A DNA stretch of 64,000 nucleotides from assembly GCA_963794065.1 (NCBI GenBank), contig CAWCDA010000033.1, positions 123,643-187,642 of the forward strand, given 5' to 3'. Within the stretch, counting starts at the first letter, position 1. Every line of letters begins with the position of its first letter. The position numbers and the translations under genes are program-made. Under the pieces are notes generated by a model that worked only from the letters and a program-made list of their open reading frames with translations, was not told where the DNA came from and did no database searches. This DNA comes from an uncultured Actinomycetes bacterium (GTDB lineage: Bacteria; Actinomycetota; UBA4738; HRBIN12). Shown here piece after piece: positions 1 to 9,707 of this stretch.

Positions 1-65
1 CGAGCCGATAGCCACCAGCGAAGGTCGGGGCGATCTCCAAGGAGACGAACCGTTCTCAATGGTTC

Positions 66-296
66 TCAGACGAGCACTTCGACTTCCGTCGGGCGCGCGA
101 TCAAATAGATGAGCGTGCCGAGGAGCGGCAGGATGATGATGACCAGCGCCCACACCGCCTTCGCCCAACCCGAGTGATCGCGACGCCTGAAGTTGTCGAT
201 GAACGCCCAGATGACGGCGAAGAAGACGGTGAGCCAGAAGAAGAAGATGATGATCGTCCAAAAGATGCTCAACAGTGGATACGAATATGCCAGCAC
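66..296 (-). CDS. small membrane protein with PLD-nuclease N-terminal (PLDc_N) type domain
   Basis: ORF 66..353(-). Two hydrophobic helices flank FRRRDHSGWAKAVWALVIIILPLLGTLIYLIARP. Start moved to GTG at 296, preceded by GAAGGGAGAGG. Confidence 0.6.
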   Translation of the reverse strand: MLAYSYPLLSIFWTIIIFFFWLTVFFAVIWAFIDNFRRRDHSGWAKAVWALVIIILPLLGTLIYLIARPTEVEVLV

Positions 297-361
297 TGAT
301 GCCTCTCCCTTCGTTATCTGTGGGGGTCGGACCCTGTCGGGTCCGACCCTCAAGCAGTTGG

Positions 362-874
362 TTACTTGCCTTCGGCCTCTTTGATCTGCTTGGCCAGGTC
401 GTCGGCGCTCGCGTCGATCTCCTTGGAGACGAACTTGTTCTCCGCCTTGATGCTGGCGGCGACCTGATCGGCCAAGTTCGTTGCGTAGATCGCGATCAAA
501 CCGGCCTGACCGTTCTGCAGCACGGTACCGAGCTGCTTGAGATCGTCGTTATCCAAGCCGCCCTTGACGTGGCCGGCGACGGCGCCGGCCCCGGCACCAA
601 CTGCGGCGCCTACGGCGAGGCCGATGCCCGGAAGGAGGATCGCGGCCACAGCTCCGATGGCCAATCCTTCCCAGGCACCATGTCGCGTGGACGCCTCGTG
701 CTTGTCGACGACCTTGACCGTGCCATCGGCCCCGCGCTCCAAGACCGCTGCGTCGAAGTCGTGGCCGACTCCGGCGTTGGCATACATCGCCTTGACGGCC
801 TCGTAGTCGACCTCGGCGTCCGAGACGCTGTCGTAGGAGGCTCCGAGAACTACCAACGTGTCTTTCTCACTCAT
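362..874 (-). CDS. DUF1269-like glycine-zipper membrane protein
   Basis: ORF 362..874(-). Soluble N-terminal domain followed by a Gly/Ala-rich membrane segment GLAIGAVAAILLPGIGLAVGAAVGAGAGAVAG. Family assignment is from memory. Confidence 0.55.
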   Translation of the reverse strand: MSEKDTLVVLGASYDSVSDAEVDYEAVKAMYANAGVGHDFDAAVLERGADGTVKVVDKHEASTRHGAWEGLAIGAVAAILLPGIGLAVGAAVGAGAGAVAGHVKGGLDNDDLKQLGTVLQNGQAGLIAIYATNLADQVAASIKAENKFVSKEIDASADDLAKQIKEAEGK

Positions 875-961
875 GACTTTCCCCTTCTGATTCTGCGTTC
901 ACACATGCCGACCCACTCGTTCCCCTATCCCCCTGCTCAGCAGCACCTCCCAAGATCGCGG

Positions 962-2395
962 TCAGACACCCTCGATCGCCTCCAACCGGCCGGAGCTGAC
1001 CGCCTCGACGAACGCCTCGTAGTCCTTCTCGTTCTGATCCGCATAGCGTTCGGAGAAGTCGGTGATCGACCGGTCGAACTCGTCGCTCTTGCCGAGATAC
1101 GCGGCGATCGCGACGGGTCTCCCGACCGAGCGTGCGCCCGCGCCAGCGTCCATCCGCACAGCGTGTCGCGTAGAAAGCCGAGGCTGGCCGGGCCCATCGA
1201 TCTCGACGACGACCGAGCCCTTCATGTCGCGGAGCTGCCGCCAGTAGAGGTAGCGGTTGTCCTGCGACGCCCTTCGTCCAGCCGAGGTAGATGTCGCTGG
1301 CGGCCTGCATCATCCGCTGCCCTTGGACGACGCGCTCGCCGGGTTGCTTGAACCGGCTCTTCGGAAGGTGATCCTCGAGCACCGAGGCCGTCGCCTCCTT
1401 GACCTGGAGGAACAGGGGGTCCTGTTGGTCGCGGCCCTGGAGCAAGGCGATGAAGGCCCGCGTGCCGACGCTGCCGACGCCGACGACCTTGCGGGCCACG
1501 TCGATGATCTCGAAGCGTTCCAGCAGGTGGCGCCGGTCGTTCTGCAGGGTCGCCCGGTAGGCGCGGAACTGCTCGTGGATCACTGCTCGAGCTCGTCGGC
1601 CGACATCCCGGCGGCGGCGGGGAGGTCGCGTACCGGGATCACGATCGGCGGCTGGCTGACGATCCGGTAGCGGCCGTCGACCAGCTCGGCCAGCTTGGAC
1701 AGCGCCTGCAGGCTGTCGCGCGTGCGGGCCTTGGCGGCGATCTTCTTGCGCACCCTTCTCGCCCTTCTTCGCCTCCTTCTTCGCCTTCCCGGTCGCGGCT
1801 GCCGCGAAAGGTCTTGATCGCCGCCATCAGCTCCTGCTCGGACAGGCGGGCGTACCAGATCTCCATCGTGCCCATCTGCGCGAACTCGGCCATCGCCTCC
1901 CGGTAGGCCCGCACCGAGGCGAGCGTCGCCGCGCGTGTGTCGGCCTTGGAGAAGCCGTTGTTGCGTGCCGCGATCGTGAAGCTCGCGGACATGCGCTTCA
2001 CGTCGTATTCGAACGGGCCCGGGAGCGTCTCGTCGAAGTCGTTCAGATCGAACAGCAGGGTCCGCTCGGGCGATGCGAACACGCCGAAGTTCGAGAGGTG
2101 CGCGTCGCCGCAGAGCTGCATGATCAGGCCGGCCCGCGGCGTGTCCTTCAGGTCGGCGGCCATGATCTTGGCCGCGCCCCGATAGAACGTGAACGGCGAG
2201 ACCATCATCCGTCCGTGGCGCACCGGCACGAGGTCTTGCTCACGGGTCGCGTCCTGCTCCTCGAGGAGGGCGACCGGGTCGGGGCGATCCGCGGCCGGCG
2301 TCCAGCCCGCGTGGCTAGTGCGCGCGGCCTCATCGCGCGCTCGTTTCCCACGCGCTTTGCGTTCCTCGACGCTCGGGTGCTGGATCCTCGTGGAA
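962..2395 (-). pseudogene. DUF2252 family gene, multiply frameshifted
   Basis: DUF2252-type segments (LVPVRHGRMMVSPFTFYRGAA, QLCGDAHLSNFG, VGVGSVGTRAFIALLQGRD, AAYLGKSDEFD) lie in three minus-strand frames (ORFs 1639..2229, 867..1583, 962..1225). Single-base indels sit near 1800, 1755, 1584 and 1262. The N-terminal SVEERKARGK segment runs to about 2395 with no ATG/GTG/TTG after the upstream stop. Confidence 0.7.
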
Positions 2396-2653
2396 GCCAG
2401 GTGACCCTCAGCTCCCCTCGCCGGTTCGTCTCGTCGGTGACCTGACGTTGTTGGCGGCGACCGACGGATGGGCTCGCATCGTCTTACGCTGGCGCACTAC
2501 GCCCAGCCCGCCTCGATGGCGGGCAACACCTGTCTATAGCCTCCACAGCTCCGGTCGTCAAACCCGAACGGCAGATGTCGTATTGCTCATTCGCGCTGAA
2601 TTCGGCAGACTGAGCCTCCGCCCTTCGGGGTACGCCGCCGCGAAAACCGGGGA

Positions 2654-3334
2654 TTGGGAGCGAGGCAAGTGGTCGCCAGGGATCTGTTGCGACCCGATGA
2701 GGTCGTCCGCGTGGACGACCTTGGCGCGCGCTCAGACGGGTCGGTGCTGGCGTCGCTCGAGGTGCGATGGATACTGCCGGGCACGGTTCCTCCCACAGTC
2801 GAGGCGTGGCTCGGACCATTCACCGCACCCTCCGAGCACCGCGAAGATCGGTACCTGTTGCAAGGCTCCGCAACGCTCGGGATCAAAGTGAAGGACGGCC
2901 GGCTGCTCGACGTCAAAGTCTTCCAGGGGCGCAAGGGCCGGCTCGTGGGCGTGCCGGCTGGCCAGACCGAACGATGGCAGCGCTGGAGCTTCCCGATCGA
3001 GTCCGGCAATCCTCCGATCCCCCGCGACGCGGGCTGGCTTCCGGTGGAAAAGGTTCGCCGGCGACGCTGGTTCTCGTGGATCGACGGCCGCGCCATAGAG
3101 GTCAGTACTCCCGACGCGGCGGATGGGGGGATGGAGTTGACCGATTTCGCGATCGGTCGGCAACGATGGTGGACCGTTGCCCTCGAGACGAAGGGTGACG
3201 GTCCGGAGATGTTGGCGCTGCTGCAGGGCGCGGCGCGCCTGGTGTTCGCTTCGACACCGCCGCCCCCCGATGCGGTGCCACTGCTGTGTGCGCCCACCAC
3301 CTCGTACCCGCGCCTGCTGCTCGGGCTCGGCTGA
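2654..3334 (+). CDS. hypothetical protein (possibly CYTH-like fold)
   Basis: ORF 2654..3334(+), with a coding-like composition. Alternating charged beta-strand pattern (LEVRW, REDRYL, LGIKVKDGRLLDVKV, VEKVRRRRW, MELTDF) resembles triphosphate-tunnel proteins, but there is no firm motif. Confidence 0.4.
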   Translation: MGARQVVARDLLRPDEVVRVDDLGARSDGSVLASLEVRWILPGTVPPTVEAWLGPFTAPSEHREDRYLLQGSATLGIKVKDGRLLDVKVFQGRKGRLVGVPAGQTERWQRWSFPIESGNPPIPRDAGWLPVEKVRRRRWFSWIDGRAIEVSTPDAADGGMELTDFAIGRQRWWTVALETKGDGPEMLALLQGAARLVFASTPPPPDAVPLLCAPTTSYPRLLLGLG

Positions 3335-3354
3335 CCAGCCGCATCCACGCTGAG

Positions 3355-4623
3355 ATGGAGGCGGGGCTGGTGCTCTTTGGGGCCACCCTGGCGATCTATG
3401 CTCTGTTCGCTTCGCGACTTGACCGGTGGTCCATCGGGGCCCCGATCGTCTTGGTCGCGGTCGGACTCGCGATCGGCCCGCAGGGTCTCAACGTCCTCTC
3501 CCTCAACATAGGAACATCTCCCATCCGCGTGCTGGCCGAGGTGACGCTGGCGTTGCTGTTGTTCACGGACGCCTCCACCGTCGACCTACGCTCGGCGGAA
3601 CGCGACGCCAGACTGCCTGGCCGTCTGCTGCTGATCGGGCTCCCGCTGACGATCGGCCTGGGAGCGGTGCTCGCGCGGCTGATCCTTTCGGCAGAAGGAT
3701 GGGCCTCGGCAGCGCTGCTGGCGGCCATCTTGGCCCCCACCGATGCGGCCCTCAGCCTCCAAGTCGTGACGAACAAAGCGGTCCCGGCGAGGATCCGACG
3801 TACGTTGAACGTCGAGAGCGGACTGAACGACGGCATCGCGACACCGTTCGTAGCCTTCTTCCTCGCCGCGGTCGTCGCGACCGAGTCCAGCGAAACCCAC
3901 CACTGGTTGTGGGAGTCCATCTCCCAGCTGGGCATCGGGATCCTCGTCGCCGTCGCGGTCGGGGTGGTTGCCGGTGCCGGCGTGAGTTGGGCACGGAGAC
4001 ACGGTTGGACGACTCCGACGTCCGAGCAGCTGTTCGTTCTGGTGCTCGGTCTGTTGTCCTATGGGATCTCGATCGAGGCGGGAGGAAACGGGTTCGTCGC
4101 AGCGTTCGTGGCGGGGCTCGTCTTCGGCGCGACGACGAAAGGCGCGCTCCGGGAACCCACCGAATTCGCCGAGACCATCGGCATGTTCCTGTCGTTCGCG
4201 GTCTGGGGACTGTTCGGACTCGTCTTCGTCGGTCCGGCATTGAGCGGCAGCGTGCAACTCGCCCCGATCGCATACGCGGTCCTGAGTCTTACCTTGATCC
4301 GCATGGTGCCGGTCTCCATCGCACTCCTCGGCAGCGGCCTGAGGCCCGACAGCGTGGCGTTCATCGGCTGGTTCGGGCCGCGTGGGCTCGCCTCGGTCGT
4401 GTTCGGGCTCCTGGCCTACGACGCGCTGACGTCGGCAGGTCTGCCCATCACCACCTTGCAGCTGACCGTCACGTGGACGGTCCTGCTGTCCGTGGTGCTG
4501 CACGGGCTCAGCGCCGGGCCGTTCGCGAAGATCTACGGGGGTCGGGTGCGCTCTGCCGCTCCACCTCCTATGGAGCTCCAAGGCTCCGAGAAGGTGGGCA
4601 CGCGACGTCGGGGGCTCACGTAA
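3355..4623 (+). CDS. cation:proton antiporter (Na+/H+ exchanger family)
   Basis: ORF 3286..4623(+). Polytopic membrane protein with LLFTDASTVDL, NVESGLNDG and GPRGLASVVF segments. Start placed at ATG 3355 (MEAGLVLFGATL...). Confidence 0.8.
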   Translation: MEAGLVLFGATLAIYALFASRLDRWSIGAPIVLVAVGLAIGPQGLNVLSLNIGTSPIRVLAEVTLALLLFTDASTVDLRSAERDARLPGRLLLIGLPLTIGLGAVLARLILSAEGWASAALLAAILAPTDAALSLQVVTNKAVPARIRRTLNVESGLNDGIATPFVAFFLAAVVATESSETHHWLWESISQLGIGILVAVAVGVVAGAGVSWARRHGWTTPTSEQLFVLVLGLLSYGISIEAGGNGFVAAFVAGLVFGATTKGALREPTEFAETIGMFLSFAVWGLFGLVFVGPALSGSVQLAPIAYAVLSLTLIRMVPVSIALLGSGLRPDSVAFIGWFGPRGLASVVFGLLAYDALTSAGLPITTLQLTVTWTVLLSVVLHGLSAGPFAKIYGGRVRSAAPPPMELQGSEKVGTRRRGLT

Positions 4624-4646
4624 CTAGCCGATCATCACGGAGCGAC

Positions 4647-4769
4647 TGTGGTGGTGATTGGTCTTGGTTGGTTGGTTGTTCTCAGAACTCCCTGACCAGG
4701 CTGTACGCCGTCGTATTTGGGGAGTATCCACAGGTTAAGAGTGAGAGTACCCACAGCTGCAGCGCAGGG
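4647..4769. repeat. unclassified conserved intergenic module, copy 1 of 5 (G/T tract 4647-4677 plus core 4678-4769)
   Basis: Core GTTCTCAGAAC-TCCCTGACC-(20 nt)-TGGGGAGTATCCACAGGTTAAGAG-TGAGAGTACCCACAG-CTGCAGCGCAGG. It aligns without gaps to the copies at 9729, 21860, 24944 and 26362. Confidence 0.85.
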
Positions 4770-4931
4770 CGTCCGTCTTCCCACTGTCGGCAACGCTGAA
4801 CCGTCCGACCGCCGCTCGTCGACGCCCTTGACCGGCGATGCACCCCGTCTTCAGATCGGCGATGGAAAACGAAAGGGGTCACGGCCGAGGACGCGACCTC
4901 TTCCAGTGCGATCCGTCGGCTCTCGCTTCGA

Positions 4932-5462
4932 TCATGATCGAGACATGGTGTAGTCAGCCAGGAGCGTCCAGGTTCGACCGCCGTCGGTGGAGCGCTCCCC
5001 TCGCCAGATGAACGACGACTCGCGGATGTCGTTGAACGACCAACGTCGTGACGAGCCGTCCGGACCTTCGCCCTCCAGCACGATGCGACCGTCAACCGAT
5101 CCGCCGTAGACAACGACCACCGCGGAAGCCTCGGGCAGTATCCACACGACGGTCCACCGCTCTGCCGTCGGATCAAAGAAACGAACCGATGTCCCGACCT
5201 GTCGCTCGCCCCTGCCGTCGCCCACATCGCCTGTCCACACGTCCTGGAGCGCCTGCCCATCCAGGATCCAGCCGAAGGTCACGTGTCCCGGGTAACGCTC
5301 TTTGACGGAGCCGTCCTCCTCGAGATGTACGTACTCGCACTCCCACGTTCCGACGAACCGATCGAAGATCCGAGCCTGATCGTTGCTGGAAGGTTGTCCG
5401 TTGTCAGCGTGGAGCACCTCGCGCAACCTCGTGCCGGTGTCCGTCACGGTCTCTTCTTGCAT
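4932..5462 (-). CDS. hypothetical protein (beta-rich, DUF1579-like guess)
   Basis: ORF 4932..5462(-), coding-like, with no catalytic motif recognised. Confidence 0.45.
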   Translation of the reverse strand: MQEETVTDTGTRLREVLHADNGQPSSNDQARIFDRFVGTWECEYVHLEEDGSVKERYPGHVTFGWILDGQALQDVWTGDVGDGRGERQVGTSVRFFDPTAERWTVVWILPEASAVVVVYGGSVDGRIVLEGEGPDGSSRRWSFNDIRESSFIWRGERSTDGGRTWTLLADYTMSRS

Positions 5463-5472
5463 GACGATCAGC

Positions 5473-6333
5473 TTAGGGAGCGAGACTGCCGTCCGCTGTC
5501 AAGAACGTGCGCAATTCGGTCAGGTCGCCAACGGCGAGTGTGTGCCTGGCCGCTCCCGGTGAAACCCCGAACACGGATCGAAAGCGGGCGCTGAAGTGGC
5601 TGTGGCTCGCGAACCCGAGATCGCTCGCAAGTGCGGCCAGATCTTCTGCGCCATCTGCGAGTCGCTCGATCGCCCCCGCCAAGCGAAGGCGCAAGAGGTA
5701 TCCGGAAACCGAGGTCCCTGTGACGGTACGGAACTGACGAGCCAGGTGGAAGGGCGAACAGTGGACCGCCCGAGCGAGTTCTTCGAGGTGCCATCGTCGT
5801 GCCGGCTCCCCTGCCAACAGCTCGCGGGCCTGTTCGATCCGCACGGGCTGATGCCGGCTCTGGGGGCGATACCCGGATGTTCGCCCCAGGTCGGCGGATA
5901 TCCCCCCGAGCAGACCCAGCGCAACGTCTTCGGCCTCGATAGTGTTCAACACGTTCCGCCGGAGGCCCGCTGCGAGCGCTCGCGCGCGAAGGAACGTCCT
6001 CGGCTCGACCGCGCCCCCGAATGGACCGCCGGGCTTCAACGCGTCTTCGACGATCTCTTGCGGGAACACGAGCACCAGGGAGTGATCACCCAGGTCCCCG
6101 GGGTGCCCGATGCGGTGGTCTCGGTCCGCCTCGAAGATCACGGTGGATGCGACATCGGCGACCGCGATCTGATTCCCGCGGTGAACCTCGAAGACGCCGT
6201 CGAGCGGAAGGATGAACTGGGTGACGCTCGCATGCTCCTCGGCACCCGGTCCGCCACGGCCCGCCGTGCAGCGGACATCCCACACCTCAAGTGTCGGGCT
6301 GTCAAGGAGACAGACGCTTGGTCGCACGCTCAT
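5473..6333 (-). CDS. AraC family transcriptional regulator
   Basis: C-terminal double HTH (HLEELARAVHCSPFHLARQFR ... LGFASHSHFSARFRSVFGVSP). Divergent from the 6466-8901 operon. Confidence 0.85.
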   Translation of the reverse strand: MSVRPSVCLLDSPTLEVWDVRCTAGRGGPGAEEHASVTQFILPLDGVFEVHRGNQIAVADVASTVIFEADRDHRIGHPGDLGDHSLVLVFPQEIVEDALKPGGPFGGAVEPRTFLRARALAAGLRRNVLNTIEAEDVALGLLGGISADLGRTSGYRPQSRHQPVRIEQARELLAGEPARRWHLEELARAVHCSPFHLARQFRTVTGTSVSGYLLRLRLAGAIERLADGAEDLAALASDLGFASHSHFSARFRSVFGVSPGAARHTLAVGDLTELRTFLTADGSLAP

Positions 6334-6465
6334 GCGCTGATGGTAGAGAGCCTTGTCGGTTTGCGCTATCGATCGATCGGGCTCGCTGGATAGGCCTACG
6401 GCCGCGCGTACGGCTTCGAACGCGCGATGGACAACTTGGGCGCGATCTCGTGAGTCTCTCGGGCG

Positions 6466-7584
6466 ATGGAGCGACGTACGCAGATCGAGGCATGGGGCTA
6501 CCCTGTGTCAACGGTGACGCTCCCGATCGAGCCGTTCGAGATGCAACTCCCGCCGGGATGGATCGTGTTCGGTCCCGGGACGCTCCACCGCGTCTCGGAC
6601 GTCGTCGAGCGGATCAGCGTCGGCAGGATCATGCTGGTCGCCGGCGGCTCCGCCGCCGTGATCAGCGAGTCGGTTCGAACCCAACTCGGCGAACGCATCG
6701 TCGCGATGCATGACGACGTCCGTCAACACGTGCCCGAGGAGCTCGCCGACATTGCCGTCCGCCGGGCCCGCGACGCGAACGCCGACGGCGTGATCACTGT
6801 CGGCGGAGGATCGTCGATCGGGCTGGGCAAGGTCGTCGCCGTCTCGCTCGAGATCCCGTTGATCGCGATCCCCACGACGTACGCGGGCTCGGAGATGACG
6901 CCCGTCTATGGGGTCACCGCCAAGCAGAAGGTGACTCGTCGCGATCCCCGCGCGCTTCCGAAAGCCGTCGTCTACGACCCTACGACCACCCTCAGCTTGC
7001 CCCCGCGGGTCACCGCGACGAGCGGGCTGAACGCACTCGCCCATTGCATGGAGGCCATCGTCGGACCTGGCGCGACCCCATTCTCGGCGCTCGTCGCCCG
7101 CGAAGCGGCCGCGCTCTTACCGGACGCCCTGCGCGCGTGCGTCCACGACGGAAGGGATCTCGCGGCGAGGTCGGTCGCGCAGTACTCGGCGTTCCTCGCC
7201 GGCCGGTCGCTCGCTCTGGCGGGCACAGGACTGCAGCACAAGCTCTCGCACATCCTCGGCGGCCGCTACGGCGCGATCCACGCCGAGGTGCACGCGGTAC
7301 TGCTCCCCCACGTTGCCGCGTTCCACGAGGCGGAAGCGCCGGTCAAGATGGCCGCCTTCGCCAGAGTCCTCGAGACCGATCGGGACGCTTCTGACGCCTT
7401 GCGTCACCTAGCGATCGACACGGGAGCGCCATCTTCCCTCGACGAGCTCGGACTGCCGCGCGCGGCGATCGACGTCGCTATGAACGACCTCGGCGACATC
7501 GACGACCCCGCCGCGATCAGGACTCTGCTGGAAAACGCGTTCGAGCCTATGATGCGAACGTCGACCGAAGGAGGCTCGTCATGA
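6466..7584 (+). CDS. maleylacetate reductase-like iron-containing alcohol dehydrogenase
   Basis: GGGSSIGLGK, IPTTYAGSEMT and SGLNALAHCMEA segments. The start may instead be at 6514 or 6541. Confidence 0.75.
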   Translation: MERRTQIEAWGYPVSTVTLPIEPFEMQLPPGWIVFGPGTLHRVSDVVERISVGRIMLVAGGSAAVISESVRTQLGERIVAMHDDVRQHVPEELADIAVRRARDANADGVITVGGGSSIGLGKVVAVSLEIPLIAIPTTYAGSEMTPVYGVTAKQKVTRRDPRALPKAVVYDPTTTLSLPPRVTATSGLNALAHCMEAIVGPGATPFSALVAREAAALLPDALRACVHDGRDLAARSVAQYSAFLAGRSLALAGTGLQHKLSHILGGRYGAIHAEVHAVLLPHVAAFHEAEAPVKMAAFARVLETDRDASDALRHLAIDTGAPSSLDELGLPRAAIDVAMNDLGDIDDPAAIRTLLENAFEPMMRTSTEGGSS

Positions 7585-8396
7585 GCGAGTGGAACGGCAT
7601 GACCTACGAGGCCAAGGACAACATGCTCCGCGTCGTCCGAGAACAGGCCGAGGGCATGTTCGCGCTCGCCGAGCCCAAAGACATCTGGACGATGCCGACG
7701 AACTCGACCGACTGGCAAGTCCGCGACGTGATCGGGCACATCGTCGATGTCACCGAGGGGTACTTCGTGGGCTTCGATGCCGCGCGCGCGGAACAGGAGG
7801 GTCCCGAAAGCCACGGGTTGCCGATCATGGCGAAGCGGCTCGACGAGCACGCGCAGGAGTTCCGCGAGCTCTCTCAACAGGAGATGCTGGATCGCCTGAA
7901 GACCGACTTTCAAAAGATGATGGGGATCTTCGACGGTCTCAGCGAAGAAGACTGGTCGGGTCTCATCGTGAATCACGGGTACATGGGACCGCTCCCGTCG
8001 TTCTTCTACCCCGCGTTCCACCTGATGGACTACGGCGTCCACTCGTGGGACATCCGACAGGCGCTCGGCAAGGAGCACGCCCTGGACGGTGAGACGGCCG
8101 ATCTACTCGTGCCGTTCATGTTCGTGCTCTGGCAGTCGACAGCGCAGACGGACTTTGAGGACACCTTCAAGGTCGGGATCCGGATCCTCTCGGGCGAGAG
8201 CGCGGGCGACACGGTCCTGACCGTCTCGCCCGACGGGATGGGAGCCGAGCCGGGGAGCGTCGACGGCCTGCAGGTCGTGTACGAGTTCGACCCCGCGAGC
8301 TTCGTCCTTACCGCGTTCGGTCGCGCGAACGCCGGCACCTTCCGCGGGAGCCGCGACCTGTCGGACCGGTTCCTCCGCCTGTTCCTGAGGATCTGA
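7581..8396 (+). CDS. DinB / mycothiol-dependent maleylpyruvate-isomerase-type family protein
   Basis: ATGA overlap with the upstream gene. N-terminal DinB-like domain (WQVRDVIGHIVDVTEGYF). Confidence 0.6.
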   Translation: MSEWNGMTYEAKDNMLRVVREQAEGMFALAEPKDIWTMPTNSTDWQVRDVIGHIVDVTEGYFVGFDAARAEQEGPESHGLPIMAKRLDEHAQEFRELSQQEMLDRLKTDFQKMMGIFDGLSEEDWSGLIVNHGYMGPLPSFFYPAFHLMDYGVHSWDIRQALGKEHALDGETADLLVPFMFVLWQSTAQTDFEDTFKVGIRILSGESAGDTVLTVSPDGMGAEPGSVDGLQVVYEFDPASFVLTAFGRANAGTFRGSRDLSDRFLRLFLRI

Positions 8397-8397
8397 C

Positions 8398-8901
8398 ATG
8401 GCGAGCCAAGAGATCGACCTGGAAGCGATCAACGCGGAGCGCGAGCGAATCCGCGCCAAGTACTTGAAGCCGGAGGGTGAACGACCGGCGTCGTCGGTGC
8501 GCGGGATCCATCACACTGCGGTCCTGTGCTCCGACGTCGAGCAGACGATCCGGTTCTACCAAGACCTGCTGGAGTTCCCGCTCACCGACATCTTCGAGAA
8601 CCGCGACTACAAGGGTTCGAACCACTTCTTCTTCGACCTCGGGAACGGGAACCTGCTCGCGTTCTTCGACTTCCCGGGGCTCGACCTGGGGCCGTACGCC
8701 GAGGTGCTCGGCGGCCTGCATCACATGGCGATCTCGGTCGAACCGGAGAACTGGGAGCGACTCAAGGGGAAGCTCGACGACGCAGGGATCCCCTACCTGC
8801 ACGAGAGCGGGACGTCGATCTACTTCTCGGATCCCGACGGGACGCGCGTGGAGCTGATCTCTGATCCGCTCGGTTCGATGTACGGGACAAAGGTTCTGTA
8901 G
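8398..8901 (+). CDS. VOC (glyoxalase/bleomycin-resistance/dioxygenase) family protein
   Basis: GIHHTAVLCSD ... LHHMAISVE ... DPDGTRVEL, the typical VOC metal-ligand pattern. Starts 1 nt after the upstream stop. Confidence 0.8.
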   Translation: MASQEIDLEAINAERERIRAKYLKPEGERPASSVRGIHHTAVLCSDVEQTIRFYQDLLEFPLTDIFENRDYKGSNHFFFDLGNGNLLAFFDFPGLDLGPYAEVLGGLHHMAISVEPENWERLKGKLDDAGIPYLHESGTSIYFSDPDGTRVELISDPLGSMYGTKVL

Positions 8902-9567
8902 CTACCAGCCGCGCGAACGCCAGGTCTCGACGTACGGGCGTTCGCGCCCGAGCGTCGTGTCTATCCCGTGCCCGGGGCAAACACGCGTCTCGTCCGAGAA
9001 CTCGGTGAACAGCCGACCGATGCTGCCCATTACCTCGGTGAACCGCTCGACGTCGGCGGTCTTCCCGGGTCCCGCGGGGAACAAGGTGTCACCCGAGAAG
9101 AGGAAGCCGTCGGTCGTGTAGCACACGCTCCCGGGCGTGTGTCCGGGTGTGTGCAACGCGGTCACCGTCACGTCGCCGACCTTCACGACGTCGCCCTCGC
9201 CGATCGGGGCGAACGGCACCGGCGGCGGGTCTTCGGGATGCGCATAGACGGGAGCACCCAGCGCCTCGACGAGCGCCGGCAGTGCCGCGACATGGTCGAA
9301 GTGATTGTGGGTCTGGATGATGCCGGTCACCTTCAGGCCCTCGACGAGCGAGAGGATCCTGTCGGGTTCGTCGGCCCCATCGACGATCAGCGCCTCGTCA
9401 CCGGCGATCAGCGCGTACACGTTGTTCTCGTAGGAGCCGACCGCCACTTTGCGCACGCGGAGCGAGCCCGCGGCAGGATAGTCGTGCACCGGACCGCCGA
9501 CCGTTACAACGCCGAACTCGGCGGTCTCCGGTGGCCGCGGGGTCGCCGACGCATCGCCCATCACCAT
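8902..9567 (-). CDS. MBL-fold metallo-hydrolase
   Basis: HxHxDH motif (QTHNHFDHV), then HTPGHTPGS. ORF 8902..9672, with the start trimmed to ATG 9567. Its stop abuts the VOC stop (TAGCTA). Confidence 0.75.
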   Translation of the reverse strand: MVMGDASATPRPPETAEFGVVTVGGPVHDYPAAGSLRVRKVAVGSYENNVYALIAGDEALIVDGADEPDRILSLVEGLKVTGIIQTHNHFDHVAALPALVEALGAPVYAHPEDPPPVPFAPIGEGDVVKVGDVTVTALHTPGHTPGSVCYTTDGFLFSGDTLFPAGPGKTADVERFTEVMGSIGRLFTEFSDETRVCPGHGIDTTLGRERPYVETWRSRGW

Positions 9568-9707
9568 CGAGCCTACAAGGCAGTATCGAGCGATCGTGGA
9601 AACCCAGCCGGGCACTGTCGGCTTGCGGGATCTCACTACCATCACCGTCTCCGAACATCGGCTGAGCTCCAACGGTGAGACATTCGACTTTCGGGGGCCT
9701 CAGTTTC

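Noticed and set aside
62-70. GTTCTCAGA near the window start as a sixth module copy
   Set aside because: Only the first 9 nt match and none of the downstream blocks follow. It lies at the 3' end of the PLDc_N gene, overlapping its stop codon.
275-1351. 358-aa plus-strand ORF
   Set aside because: It is antisense to the DUF1269-like gene and the DUF2252 C-terminus, with no recognisable domain.
4685-4706. ECF-type promoter (GAAC ... GTT) inside the repeat core
   Set aside because: The conserved GAAC and GTT in copies 2, 3 and 5 are only 14 nt apart, too short for GGAAC-N16-18-GTT. Copy 1 lacks the GTT, and three of the five copies have no downstream plus-strand gene.
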